From contig CAZBQZ010000003.1 in assembly GCA_964494495.1 (NCBI GenBank), positions 6,900 to 70,899 of the forward strand: a stretch of 64,000 nucleotides of DNA, given 5' to 3'. Under the pieces are notes generated by a model, which worked only from the letters and a program-made list of their open reading frames with translations, was not told where the DNA came from and did not search any database. Origin of the DNA: an uncultured Candidatus Saccharibacteria bacterium (lineage in GTDB: Bacteria > Patescibacteriota > Saccharimonadia > Saccharimonadales > UBA4665). The translations under genes and the position numbers were made by a program. The stretch's first letter is position 1, and every line of letters begins with the position of its first letter. Positions 11,121 to 19,977 of this stretch are shown piece after piece.

Positions 11121-11756
11121 ATGTCCTTCTACCACCCAGGGACAATTCGCCATCGTCACCAACCAGCGGGCGGGCGAAGCCTAACCGATTACGAAAGGCA
11201 GTTGCAGTTCGATCGTGGCAATTTGCGCGACCAGCGTGTACTAGATTTGGGCTGCGGACCAGAAATGAAGCTAGCCTACCACTTAGGCCTACTGGGTATT
11301 ACCGATCAGGTTATCTCGCTCAGCCCAGGCTTTTTAAGCGCAACTCATCGGCGTAATGCCTCGCAACGCAACCGCACGCTAGGCGTGGCTGCAGTTGGGC
11401 AAGCGCTTCCTTTTGCTGATAATTCTTTTGACATAGTGCTGAGTTTACATATGCACGAACACTTGCAGCGCAACGATGTACCCCAAGTACTATCTGAAAT
11501 GGCTCGCGTGCTTGCTCCAGGTGGCATTGCCAAATGGGGGCCCGTACTCGATCTTCCACACGATTTTGGATCGTTTGAGGACACCTCACACCTCTTGGGC
11601 GGCGAAGGGCTTACTGCACTGGACGTCCGCATAAGTAAACAGACTATTCCTCCCGAAGCCGTAGCACCCATCACCTACAAAGACGCGTTCGACACCCGCC
11701 ACTACAACGTCCCTAGCTGTATATTTGTGCTAGAAAAAGCACCAGCCAATGCCTAA
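11121..11756 (+). CDS. Class I SAM-dependent methyltransferase
   Basis: VLDLGCG motif I, ALPFADNSFDIVLS and EMARVLAPGG. Start set at ATG 11121, just after the upstream stop. Confidence 0.88.
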   Translation: MSFYHPGTIRHRHQPAGGRSLTDYERQLQFDRGNLRDQRVLDLGCGPEMKLAYHLGLLGITDQVISLSPGFLSATHRRNASQRNRTLGVAAVGQALPFADNSFDIVLSLHMHEHLQRNDVPQVLSEMARVLAPGGIAKWGPVLDLPHDFGSFEDTSHLLGGEGLTALDVRISKQTIPPEAVAPITYKDAFDTRHYNVPSCIFVLEKAPANA

Positions 11757-12694
11757 GCAGTGCGAAAGTACTCGATGGTTTTGGCCAAGCCTTCGTCTAA
11801 CGCAACTACCGGTTTCCAGCCCAACAGCTTTTGGGCCTTGGCAATGTCTGGCTTGCGCTGCGTGGGGTCGTCGGGACGGGCAGACTGAAACACCAATTGT
11901 GAAGCGCTGTCGGTTTGAGCGATCACCTTTTGCGCTAATTCTAACAACGTAAACTCGCCGGGGTTACCAATATTGATAGGGCCTTCCTGGCCCGAATCAA
12001 TCAGCTGGAGCAAACCGGCAATTTGGTCGGATACATAACAAAAACTGCGTGTTTGTTTGCCGTCGCCGTACACGGTAATGGGCACACCGGCCAATGCCTG
12101 GACGATAAAGTTAGACACCACGCGGCCATCGGCCGGATCCATGTGCGGGCCATAGGTATTAAAGATACGAACCAGAGCGGTGTCTACCCCGTACTGGTGT
12201 TTGTATACCCAAATAAGTGCCTCGGCAAAACGCTTGGCCTCGTCGTACATGGCGCGGGGGCCATAGGAGTTAACGTTGCCCCAATATGATTCGGGCTGCG
12301 GGCTCACCTGCGGTTCGCCGTACACCTCACTGGTAGAAGTGTGCAAAAATCGAGCGTTATCGCGCTGGGCCAAATCCAACAAATGTTTTACGCCCAACGA
12401 GCCAACCATAAGAGTTTCGACGGCGTATTGCTCGTACTTTGGAATACTGGCTGGCGAAGCCATGCTGACAACCAAATCGTATTTTTGGCTGGCAACTTTC
12501 GTGGGTAATGGCCGGGTAATGTCGTGTTTTACAAAGCTAAATGCTGGGTTTAGCTCTAGTTGGGCAATGTTTACTTTTCGCCCGGTTAACAAATTGTCTA
12601 CGCAGACTACTGTGGTACCCCGCGCCAACAGTGCCGCGCACAAATGCGATCCCAAAAAACCAGCGCCTCCGGCAACCAATGCCCGGTGGCTCAC
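11753..12694 (-). CDS. uxs: UDP-glucuronate decarboxylase (UDP-xylose synthase)
   Basis: GGAGFLGSH, MASPASIP, TSTSEVYG, YWGNVN, YDEAKR, RIFNTYGP, DGRVVSNF, RSFCYVSD, NIGNPGEFT and DDPTQRKPDI are all UXS signatures. Confidence 0.92.
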   Translation of the reverse strand: MSHRALVAGGAGFLGSHLCAALLARGTTVVCVDNLLTGRKVNIAQLELNPAFSFVKHDITRPLPTKVASQKYDLVVSMASPASIPKYEQYAVETLMVGSLGVKHLLDLAQRDNARFLHTSTSEVYGEPQVSPQPESYWGNVNSYGPRAMYDEAKRFAEALIWVYKHQYGVDTALVRIFNTYGPHMDPADGRVVSNFIVQALAGVPITVYGDGKQTRSFCYVSDQIAGLLQLIDSGQEGPINIGNPGEFTLLELAQKVIAQTDSASQLVFQSARPDDPTQRKPDIAKAQKLLGWKPVVALDEGLAKTIEYFRTA

Positions 12695-13998
12695 GCTGAC
12701 TGGCCCCGGCCAATACCTTCGTACACTAGGCCGGCTGCGCGCATGGCTTCGGGTTCAAAAATATTGCGGCCGTCAAAAATCATTTTTTTGGCCAGGCTGG
12801 CCGCCAGTATCTTGGGTTCGGTACTCTTAAACTCAGCCCATTCGGTAACCACCACAAGTACGTCGGCATTCTTGAGTGCGCCGTGGGCACTGTTGGCATA
12901 GGTAACAACATCGCCTAAGGCAACCTTGGCGTTAGCGATCGCTTCGGGGTCGTAGGCCACTACTTTGGCGCCGCGGCCCACAAGCTCACGAATAATATCT
13001 AGCGACGGGGCCTCGCGAATATCGTCGGTATCTGCCTTAAACGCAATGCCCCACACGGCAATAGTTAGCCCGCTCAAGTCTTCGCCCAAGCGCGCTACCA
13101 TTTTGGCTATCAGCACTTGCTTTTGGCGGGCGTTAACATCCATAACGGCGTTAAGCAGTTTAAAGTCGTAGTCGTGCGCGGCGGCCACACGCTGCAGGGC
13201 CATAACATCCTTAGGAAAACAGCTGCCTCCGTAACCAATACCGGGGTACAAAAAGCGGTGTCCAATACGTTGGTCGTGCCCAATGCCTTCGCGCACCTTT
13301 TCTACATCGGCACCAATAATGTCGCACAGGTTGGCAATCTCGTTCATAAAGCTAATCTTCATGGCTAAAAACGAGTTAGCGGCGTACTTGGTCATTTCGG
13401 AAGAAGCCTCGTCCATACATAAAAGCGGCACGTCGTTAGTAGTAAATGGCAGGTACAACTCCTGCATTACGGCGCGAGCTTTGTCGGATGATGTCCCAAT
13501 AACAATGCGGTCGGGCTGCAAAAAGTCGCTCACCGCAAAGCCTTCGCGCAAAAATTCGGGGTTAGACACCACATCAAACGGCACGTCGGTATGCTGAGCA
13601 ATGGCGGCGCGCACCTTTTGCGCCGTGCCCACCGGCACGGTGCTCTTATTAACAAACACTGTGTAGCCAGAAATTACTTTGGCAACTTGTTGCGATGCAG
13701 CAAGCACAAAACTCAGGTCGGCCTCGCCATCGCCCTTTGGCGGGGTGGGCAAAGCAAAAAAGATAACCGCCGGGTTGTCGCTTTTACTAAGCGCCGTCTT
13801 AAACTGCAAACGCCCGCTGTCGTAATTTTTGTGTACTAGATCGCTGAGACCTGGCTCATAAATAGGTATGTCACCTTTTTGCAGGCGAGCAACCTTATAC
13901 TGGTCGATATCAATACACACCACATCGTGTCCCACTTCAGCCAAGCACGTACCCGTTACCAAACCAACATACCCTGTCCCAATAATTGCGATCTTCAT
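12691..13998 (-). CDS. ugd: UDP-glucose 6-dehydrogenase
   Basis: IGTGYVGL, KSTVPVG, SNPEFLREG, KYAANSFLA, GYGGSCFPKD, AFKADTDDIRE and DGRNI motifs. Confidence 0.96.
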   Translation of the reverse strand: MKIAIIGTGYVGLVTGTCLAEVGHDVVCIDIDQYKVARLQKGDIPIYEPGLSDLVHKNYDSGRLQFKTALSKSDNPAVIFFALPTPPKGDGEADLSFVLAASQQVAKVISGYTVFVNKSTVPVGTAQKVRAAIAQHTDVPFDVVSNPEFLREGFAVSDFLQPDRIVIGTSSDKARAVMQELYLPFTTNDVPLLCMDEASSEMTKYAANSFLAMKISFMNEIANLCDIIGADVEKVREGIGHDQRIGHRFLYPGIGYGGSCFPKDVMALQRVAAAHDYDFKLLNAVMDVNARQKQVLIAKMVARLGEDLSGLTIAVWGIAFKADTDDIREAPSLDIIRELVGRGAKVVAYDPEAIANAKVALGDVVTYANSAHGALKNADVLVVVTEWAEFKSTEPKILAASLAKKMIFDGRNIFEPEAMRAAGLVYEGIGRGQSA

Positions 13999-14027
13999 AG
14001 CTTCACTCTAATGTAAGTCAGCAAGCA

Positions 14028-14088
14028 GTTCAACCTGAGTATTGTTGTATATTCAGGTTTTGACCGCCCGGCGAATAGGTCGTATACT
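14028..14088. promoter_or_regulatory. Divergent promoter region: TTGACC-N17-TATACT (+, 14060-14088); probable TTGAAC-N17-TAGAGT (-, -35 at 14028-14033); imperfect 11-bp inverted repeat between them
   Basis: Hexamers and spacers counted directly; inverted repeat AACCTGAGTAT-N6-ATATTCAGGTT at 14032-14059. Confidence 0.6.
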
Positions 14089-14122
14089 CTGGGAGAGATA
14101 GCATTAAGTGAGGGTACATACT

Positions 14123-15172
14123 ATGCGAGCACTCGTTACCGGCTCTGCCGGACTCATTGGTTCAGAGGCGGTAAAGTTCTTTGCCGAAAAGGGCTTTGAA
14201 ATTATTGGCGTAGACAATAACATGCGTAGTTACTTCTTTGGGGAAGAAGCTAGCACCGATTGGAACCGCCAAAAACTCCAAGACTTGCTCAAAGACAAAT
14301 ACACGCACGTACAGGCCGACATCCGCGACGACAAGGCTATCGAAGCCGTGTTTAAAAAACATGGCAAGTTTGATATCATCATCCACACCGCCGCACAACC
14401 GTCGCACGACTGGGCTGCCCGCGAACCCTACACCGATTTTAGCGTTAACGCCCAAGGCACGCTTGTGATGCTCGAAAATATGCGTAAGCACTCGCCCAAA
14501 GCGGTGTTTATTTTTACCAGCACCAACAAAGTGTATGGCGATACCCCCAACACCCTGCCGCTTATCGAACTCGAAAATCGCTGGGAATTGCCCAAAGATC
14601 ACCCCTTCTACAAGGGCATCGACGAAAGCATGAGCATCGACCAAACCAAGCACTCTATTTTTGGCGCCAGCAAAGTTGCCGCCGATGTTATGGTGCAAGA
14701 GTACGGCCGCTACTTTGGCTTTAAAACAGCAGTATTCCGCGGTGGCTGCCTCACCGGCCCGTCGCACTCCGGCGCCGAGTTGCACGGCTTTTTGGCTTAC
14801 CTTATTAAGTGCATTTACAGCGGCAAAAAGTACACCATCTTTGGCTACAAGGGCAAACAAGTACGCGACAACATTCACTCGCACGATCTCGTTAACGCCT
14901 TTTGGCACTTTTACCAAAAGCCACGATCTGGCGAAGTATACAACATGGGTGGCGCCCGCAACTCTAACATTTCTATGCTCGAGGCTATCGAAAAAATCGA
15001 AAAACTACTGGGCAAAAAAGCCAATTACGAGCTAAGCCCCGAAAACCGTATTGGCGACCACATCTGGTACATTTCCGACGTTTCTAAGTTTAAAAAGCAC
15101 TATCCAGGGTGGGATTTTGAGTACGACATCGACGCTATTCTGAAAGAAATGTGCGCGGCAGTGCAGGCCTAG
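14123..15172 (+). CDS. Extended SDR, CDP-tyvelose/paratose 2-epimerase-like, with Phe at the catalytic Tyr position
   Basis: [33 protein letters not shown] and GKQVRDNIH motifs; the YxxxK position reads FGASK. GAGGG SD before ATG 14123. Confidence 0.85.
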   Translation: MRALVTGSAGLIGSEAVKFFAEKGFEIIGVDNNMRSYFFGEEASTDWNRQKLQDLLKDKYTHVQADIRDDKAIEAVFKKHGKFDIIIHTAAQPSHDWAAREPYTDFSVNAQGTLVMLENMRKHSPKAVFIFTSTNKVYGDTPNTLPLIELENRWELPKDHPFYKGIDESMSIDQTKHSIFGASKVAADVMVQEYGRYFGFKTAVFRGGCLTGPSHSGAELHGFLAYLIKCIYSGKKYTIFGYKGKQVRDNIHSHDLVNAFWHFYQKPRSGEVYNMGGARNSNISMLEAIEKIEKLLGKKANYELSPENRIGDHIWYISDVSKFKKHYPGWDFEYDIDAILKEMCAAVQA

Positions 15173-15178
15173 GCGACC

Positions 15179-16255
15179 ATGAGCATAGCAAAATACAAGC
15201 GCATTTTAATTACCGGCGGTGCAGGTTTTGTAGGGTCTAACCTGGCGGTAATGCTCAAAAAAGACCTGCCCTCGTCCGAAGTTGTGTGTCTAGACAACCT
15301 CAAACGCCGCGGCTCCGAGCTGGCCGTAAAGCGCCTGGCCGCTGCTGGCGTTACCTTTGTGCATGGCGACATTCGCAATACCGAAGATTTGCAAATGGAT
15401 CGCATTGACCTACTTATCGAATGTGCTGCCGAGCCTTCGGTAATGGCTGGTATTAGCACGTCGCCCAACTACCTTATTAACACCAACTTGGTAGGCACAC
15501 TCAATTGTCTGGAAATGGCGCGCAAAGACGACGCCGACGTAGTGTTTTTGTCCACCAGCCGCGTGTACCCCATTGCTCACATCAACAACCTCAAGTTTAA
15601 AGAAACTGGTACTCGGTTCGAGCTGGTAGAAACGCAAGAAATGCCCGGCGCAAGCCAACACGGCATTGCCGAACATTTTCCACTGGACAAGCCGCGCTCG
15701 CTATACGGCGCCACTAAGCTGATATCCGAGATTATGATCGGCGAGTATGTGGACACGTACGGTCTGCGTGCCATTGTTAATCGCTGTGGCGTTATTACGG
15801 GCCCATGGCAAATGGGCAAAGTAGACCAAGGTGTGTTTGTGTTGTGGGTGGCCCGCCATTACTTTAAAAAGCCGCTCAGCTACATTGGCTTTGGTGGCCA
15901 AGGCAAGCAGGTACGCGACTTTATTCATATTGCCGATTTGTACCGCGCTGTTAAGCACCAACTAGCCGACTTTAACAAATACAGCGGCGAGGTCTACAAC
16001 GTAGGGGGCGGCCTAGAAAACAGTGTGTCGCTACAAGAGTTGACCAAAATGTGCGAAGAGGTAACCGGCAACCACATCGAAATTGCTTCAGTTATTGACG
16101 AGCGCCAAGCCGACCTTATTAGCTTTATTACCGACAGCCGCAAGTTTAAAGACAAGTCTGGCCTAAAGTGGGAAAAAGGTCCGCGCGAAACCGTCAAAGA
16201 CATTTACGACTGGATCCGCAACAACGAAGAAGATTTGCGTCCCATCTTAACCTAA
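15179..16255 (+). CDS. Extended SDR, CDP-tyvelose/paratose 2-epimerase-like, intact YxxxK
   Basis: TGGAGFVGS, STSRVYP, YGATK, RCGVITGPWQMGKVDQG and GKQVRDFIH motifs. Confidence 0.87.
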   Translation: MSIAKYKRILITGGAGFVGSNLAVMLKKDLPSSEVVCLDNLKRRGSELAVKRLAAAGVTFVHGDIRNTEDLQMDRIDLLIECAAEPSVMAGISTSPNYLINTNLVGTLNCLEMARKDDADVVFLSTSRVYPIAHINNLKFKETGTRFELVETQEMPGASQHGIAEHFPLDKPRSLYGATKLISEIMIGEYVDTYGLRAIVNRCGVITGPWQMGKVDQGVFVLWVARHYFKKPLSYIGFGGQGKQVRDFIHIADLYRAVKHQLADFNKYSGEVYNVGGGLENSVSLQELTKMCEEVTGNHIEIASVIDERQADLISFITDSRKFKDKSGLKWEKGPRETVKDIYDWIRNNEEDLRPILT

Positions 16256-16269
16256 GGTATACATATATT

Positions 16270-17019
16270 ATGAAACTGTCTGTTGTCATCCCCGCCCATA
16301 ACGAAGAAGGTTCTATCGAAGAAACCGTTCGTGCCTTTCATAACGAGCTACACAAAGAAAACATCAACCACGAAATAGTTGTCGTTAACGACAACAGCAA
16401 AGACAGCACCGAAGACATTTTGCGCCGCTTGCACAAAGAGATCCCTCAGGTACGCTATGTAAACAACACTCCGCCCAATGGCTTTGGCTTTGCCGTGCGC
16501 AAAGGCCTAGAGTCGTACAAAGGCGACTGTGTGGCGATTGTTATGGCCGATATGTCCGACCGCCCAGTAGATCTTGTTACCTACTTTCGCACCATGGAAG
16601 AAGGCGATTACGATGCCGTGTTTGGCTCGCGCTTTATTAAAGGCGGCAAAACGTTTGACTACCCAGCATCCAAGCTATACCTTAACCGCCTCACCAATAG
16701 CATTATTCGAGTACTATTTGGCACGCGTTATAACGACACCACCAACGCATTTAAGCTCTTTAAGCGCGAAACCATTGACGGTGTACGCCCCTTTTTAAGC
16801 CACCATTTTAACCTCACCGTCGAACTACCGCTCAAAGCTATTGTGCGCGGCTACAGTTATGCTGTAGTGCCCAATCATTGGACTAACCGCAAGGTAGGCG
16901 AATCCAAGCTCAAAATTAAAGAGATGGGTAGCCGCTACTTTTACGTTATCTTATACTGCCTGGTCGAGAAGTGGCTATCCCGGGGTGACTATCAAAAAGG
17001 TAAGCCGCGCGCCTCGTAA
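16270..17019 (+). CDS. GT2 polyprenol-phosphate glycosyltransferase (DPM-synthase-like)
   Basis: LSVVIPAHNEE, VNDNSKD, MADMSD, GSRF and DTTNAFK motifs. The track start at 16168 overlaps the upstream gene. Confidence 0.9.
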   Translation: MKLSVVIPAHNEEGSIEETVRAFHNELHKENINHEIVVVNDNSKDSTEDILRRLHKEIPQVRYVNNTPPNGFGFAVRKGLESYKGDCVAIVMADMSDRPVDLVTYFRTMEEGDYDAVFGSRFIKGGKTFDYPASKLYLNRLTNSIIRVLFGTRYNDTTNAFKLFKRETIDGVRPFLSHHFNLTVELPLKAIVRGYSYAVVPNHWTNRKVGESKLKIKEMGSRYFYVILYCLVEKWLSRGDYQKGKPRAS

Positions 17020-17028
17020 AAGATTACG

Positions 17029-19977
17029 ATGTTATATGCCACGCTGACACCAATCCTTTTGATTGTGCAGGCTGCATGGTTTATAACCCCCGGTTTGATT
17101 GTTGCACTATATTTGCAACGCACTAAGCGCATTGCTCCACTCTATATTGTAGCTATCAGTATTGTTGTAAGCAGCTTGCTTGCGTACGGCGTATTTTGGG
17201 CATACATTGCCAGCCCGGGGTTTGGACGAGCGCTTAGCTGGATCATTGGCATCACCAGCCTACTAGCGCTGTATAAAATATGTGCCAATAAAACAACGCG
17301 CCGGGTTCTTTTTGCATTCGATGTAGGCGTGCCACTTATCCTATGGTTGGTTGCCTGTTTTGCATATGCATCGGTTACATTTGGTTGTCGCACCGTTAAT
17401 ACGGTTAGCGCACCTGATCAATTTTGCTATGTTTCTGGCATTACCTTTGACAATTTGCTGCCCAAAATATTTGCCAATAATGTGTTTCATGGACAGGCCA
17501 AAACGCTGATAGGGGATTGGCACGGCAGCGATAGGCCGCCATTGCAAAGCGGAGCAGTGCTGCTGGAATCGCCGCTTACGCAATCGTCGGGCGTGGGTAT
17601 TATGAGCTATCAATTACTGGCAACGTTCCTGCAAATGGCCTGGATACCTGTTGTTTGGTTACTTGGCCGTAAACTGCGTCTCAACAATAAGCAGCTGGCC
17701 GTACTGCTTGTATTTTGCCTATGTAGCGGCTTTTTCTTCTTTAATAGTATTTTTACGTGGCCCAAACTGCTGGCCGGTAGCCTGGGTGGCATTGCGCTGG
17801 CGCTGTTGTTATTCGAAAAACCGTCTAGGGCAGGGTGGTCGCTGGCTGGCGCTGCGATTGGTACCGCACTACTCTCCCATGGTGGTGTAGCGTTTACCTT
17901 TGTTGCTATTATCCCGCTACTGCTCACCAAATGGTTCTTCCCTGGCTGGAAGATTGCATTGAGCGCGGTAGCGGCAGTTTTGATTATATTTGCGCCCTGG
18001 ACCGCCTACCAACACTTTTATGACCCTCCAGGCAACCGAGTCCTTAAATGGGAGATTGCTGGTGTTATACCCATTGATGATCGGTCGTTCGACCAAGCCC
18101 TGGTCGATTCGTATAAAGCCGCGGGCGTACGGGCAATAGTGCACAATAAGCGAACTAACGCCACCACACTTATATACAACAAAGCCGGATCTAGCTATTT
18201 GTACAGCACAGGCAAACTAGGCAAACTGCGAGACGCTCAATTCCGTTTTGTACTATTTAGTATTGGTCTCTTAAACCTGGGGTGGTTCATACTGCTTGTG
18301 CCGCGCTGGCGAAAGCGCCTGGCTAGTTCTGCAATAGATATGTCAAAGTTATGGCTTATGCTAGGCATTGCCGGAGCGGCGCTTGTTGCCTGGGTGGCTC
18401 TTATGTTTGGCCCATACAGCACTATTATTCACCAAGGGTCTTACCTAACAATGTTGCTTCTGTTTGTGTGCCTTGGTGCAGCTGTGACCACCATGCCAAA
18501 ACGTATCCTTGCCGGGTACACCGCCCTGTACGTGCTCTGCTTTGCAGCACTTTGGATATTCACAATATATGTTCGGCCGCTGCACCTGCATAGCGGGCCA
18601 TATATCGTTTGGTCGTGTCTAAGTACGGCCGCGCTTGCAGGTCTGCTAGGTGTGGTAGCATGGATCGAGCCTCGTACTATTCGGCAACGATTGCGGCGTA
18701 CTTGGGCTTTGCTAGGCAGCGCCTATCAACGGTCCGAAGCCTGGCTTAAAAATCATCCGTCTATTGTGCTCTGGGGCACCGTTGGTCTTTGTGCGGCACT
18801 AGCCTTAACGCGCCGGCCAGAAACCATTACGCAGGCGCAGTTCTGGGCAGAGGATGGCAGATACTGGTACGCACAAGCATACGCCCACGGGTGGTCGGTC
18901 TTGTTTGCCACCTACAGTGGCTACTTTGTGGTTATTTATCGGGTCGTTGCCGAGGCTTCGATGCTCTTGCCACTTCATGTGGCCCCGCTCTTTTTTAACC
19001 TTGTAGCTCTTGGCATTCAGCTTTTGCCAATCGTATTGCTTATGAGCAACCGCATGCGATCAATTATCCCAAGCCGATTGTTGGCTCTTGGCTTGTGTGT
19101 TGTATATATTGGGATACCCAACGCCACCGAAGTCTTTGCTAACCTAACGAATATTCAATGGCACCTTGGCATAGCATCTTTCTTGGTGCTTATTGCCTAC
19201 ATACCGCAAAGCCGGGCATGGCGCGTCTTTGACTTTACGGTGCTTGCCCTCACCGGTTTGAGTGGTCCGCTGGTAATACTTCTAGCGCCCATTGCTGGCT
19301 TTCTGTGGTGGCGCATGCGCCGTGCTACACAATGGCGTAATCTGATTTTGCTGGTGGCTCTGTCTTGTTTGCAAATAGCAAGCATTCTGTTTATAAGTCA
19401 CTTTCACAGAGTCGGTAGCGGCCAACCCGATGCCAATGGCCTCTATTTGCTCGAAATGGTTGTGGGGCAAATTTTTACCGGTGGGTTGCTGGGCCAAATG
19501 CACGTCAACTTATTGTATGGCAGCGTGCTCGCGATGCTTGGCGCGTTGGTACTGGGCGGAGGCATTATGGCTTACTGCACGCTTAGAGGGCCACTGTGGC
19601 TCAAGCTGTGTAATGCCTACTTCGTCATACTGTTTATATCGATGCTCCTGTCTATCAAGCCTATACCAGGCTTTGATACATGGTGGGGGCTGGCTAATCC
19701 CGGAGGTGGGCAGCGGTATTGGTATATTCCTATGTTTATCTGGATAATCAACTTGGTATGGGTTACCTTTAAAGCCAAACTTTTGCCCCTGCGCATTGCT
19801 ACCGCCCTTTTGCTAGCTATACTAGTACTTGTAGGCATGCCAAACAGCTGGCGTTTACCGGCGTTACCAGACTTGCAATTTAGCAAGCACGCACAAGCCT
19901 TCGAGCAAGCGCCAGCAGGCACACATGCACATATACCAATCAATCCGGGGTGGGAGATGGATCTTGTCAAAAAATAA
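17029..19977 (+). CDS. 982-aa polytopic membrane protein; fusion of two GT-C-like modules
   Basis: More than 20 hydrophobic segments. The N-module has DWHGSDRPPLQ, FTWPKLL and HQGSY. The C-module begins TRRPETITQAQFWAEDG and is paralogous to the next gene. Confidence 0.75.
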   Translation: MLYATLTPILLIVQAAWFITPGLIVALYLQRTKRIAPLYIVAISIVVSSLLAYGVFWAYIASPGFGRALSWIIGITSLLALYKICANKTTRRVLFAFDVGVPLILWLVACFAYASVTFGCRTVNTVSAPDQFCYVSGITFDNLLPKIFANNVFHGQAKTLIGDWHGSDRPPLQSGAVLLESPLTQSSGVGIMSYQLLATFLQMAWIPVVWLLGRKLRLNNKQLAVLLVFCLCSGFFFFNSIFTWPKLLAGSLGGIALALLLFEKPSRAGWSLAGAAIGTALLSHGGVAFTFVAIIPLLLTKWFFPGWKIALSAVAAVLIIFAPWTAYQHFYDPPGNRVLKWEIAGVIPIDDRSFDQALVDSYKAAGVRAIVHNKRTNATTLIYNKAGSSYLYSTGKLGKLRDAQFRFVLFSIGLLNLGWFILLVPRWRKRLASSAIDMSKLWLMLGIAGAALVAWVALMFGPYSTIIHQGSYLTMLLLFVCLGAAVTTMPKRILAGYTALYVLCFAALWIFTIYVRPLHLHSGPYIVWSCLSTAALAGLLGVVAWIEPRTIRQRLRRTWALLGSAYQRSEAWLKNHPSIVLWGTVGLCAALALTRRPETITQAQFWAEDGRYWYAQAYAHGWSVLFATYSGYFVVIYRVVAEASMLLPLHVAPLFFNLVALGIQLLPIVLLMSNRMRSIIPSRLLALGLCVVYIGIPNATEVFANLTNIQWHLGIASFLVLIAYIPQSRAWRVFDFTVLALTGLSGPLVILLAPIAGFLWWRMRRATQWRNLILLVALSCLQIASILFISHFHRVGSGQPDANGLYLLEMVVGQIFTGGLLGQMHVNLLYGSVLAMLGALVLGGGIMAYCTLRGPLWLKLCNAYFVILFISMLLSIKPIPGFDTWWGLANPGGGQRYWYIPMFIWIINLVWVTFKAKLLPLRIATALLLAILVLVGMPNSWRLPALPDLQFSKHAQAFEQAPAGTHAHIPINPGWEMDLVKK

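Noticed and set aside
14162-14917. 251-aa antisense ORF
   Set aside because: Lies wholly opposite a well-supported SDR gene, has no motifs, and is the usual antisense shadow of biased codon usage.
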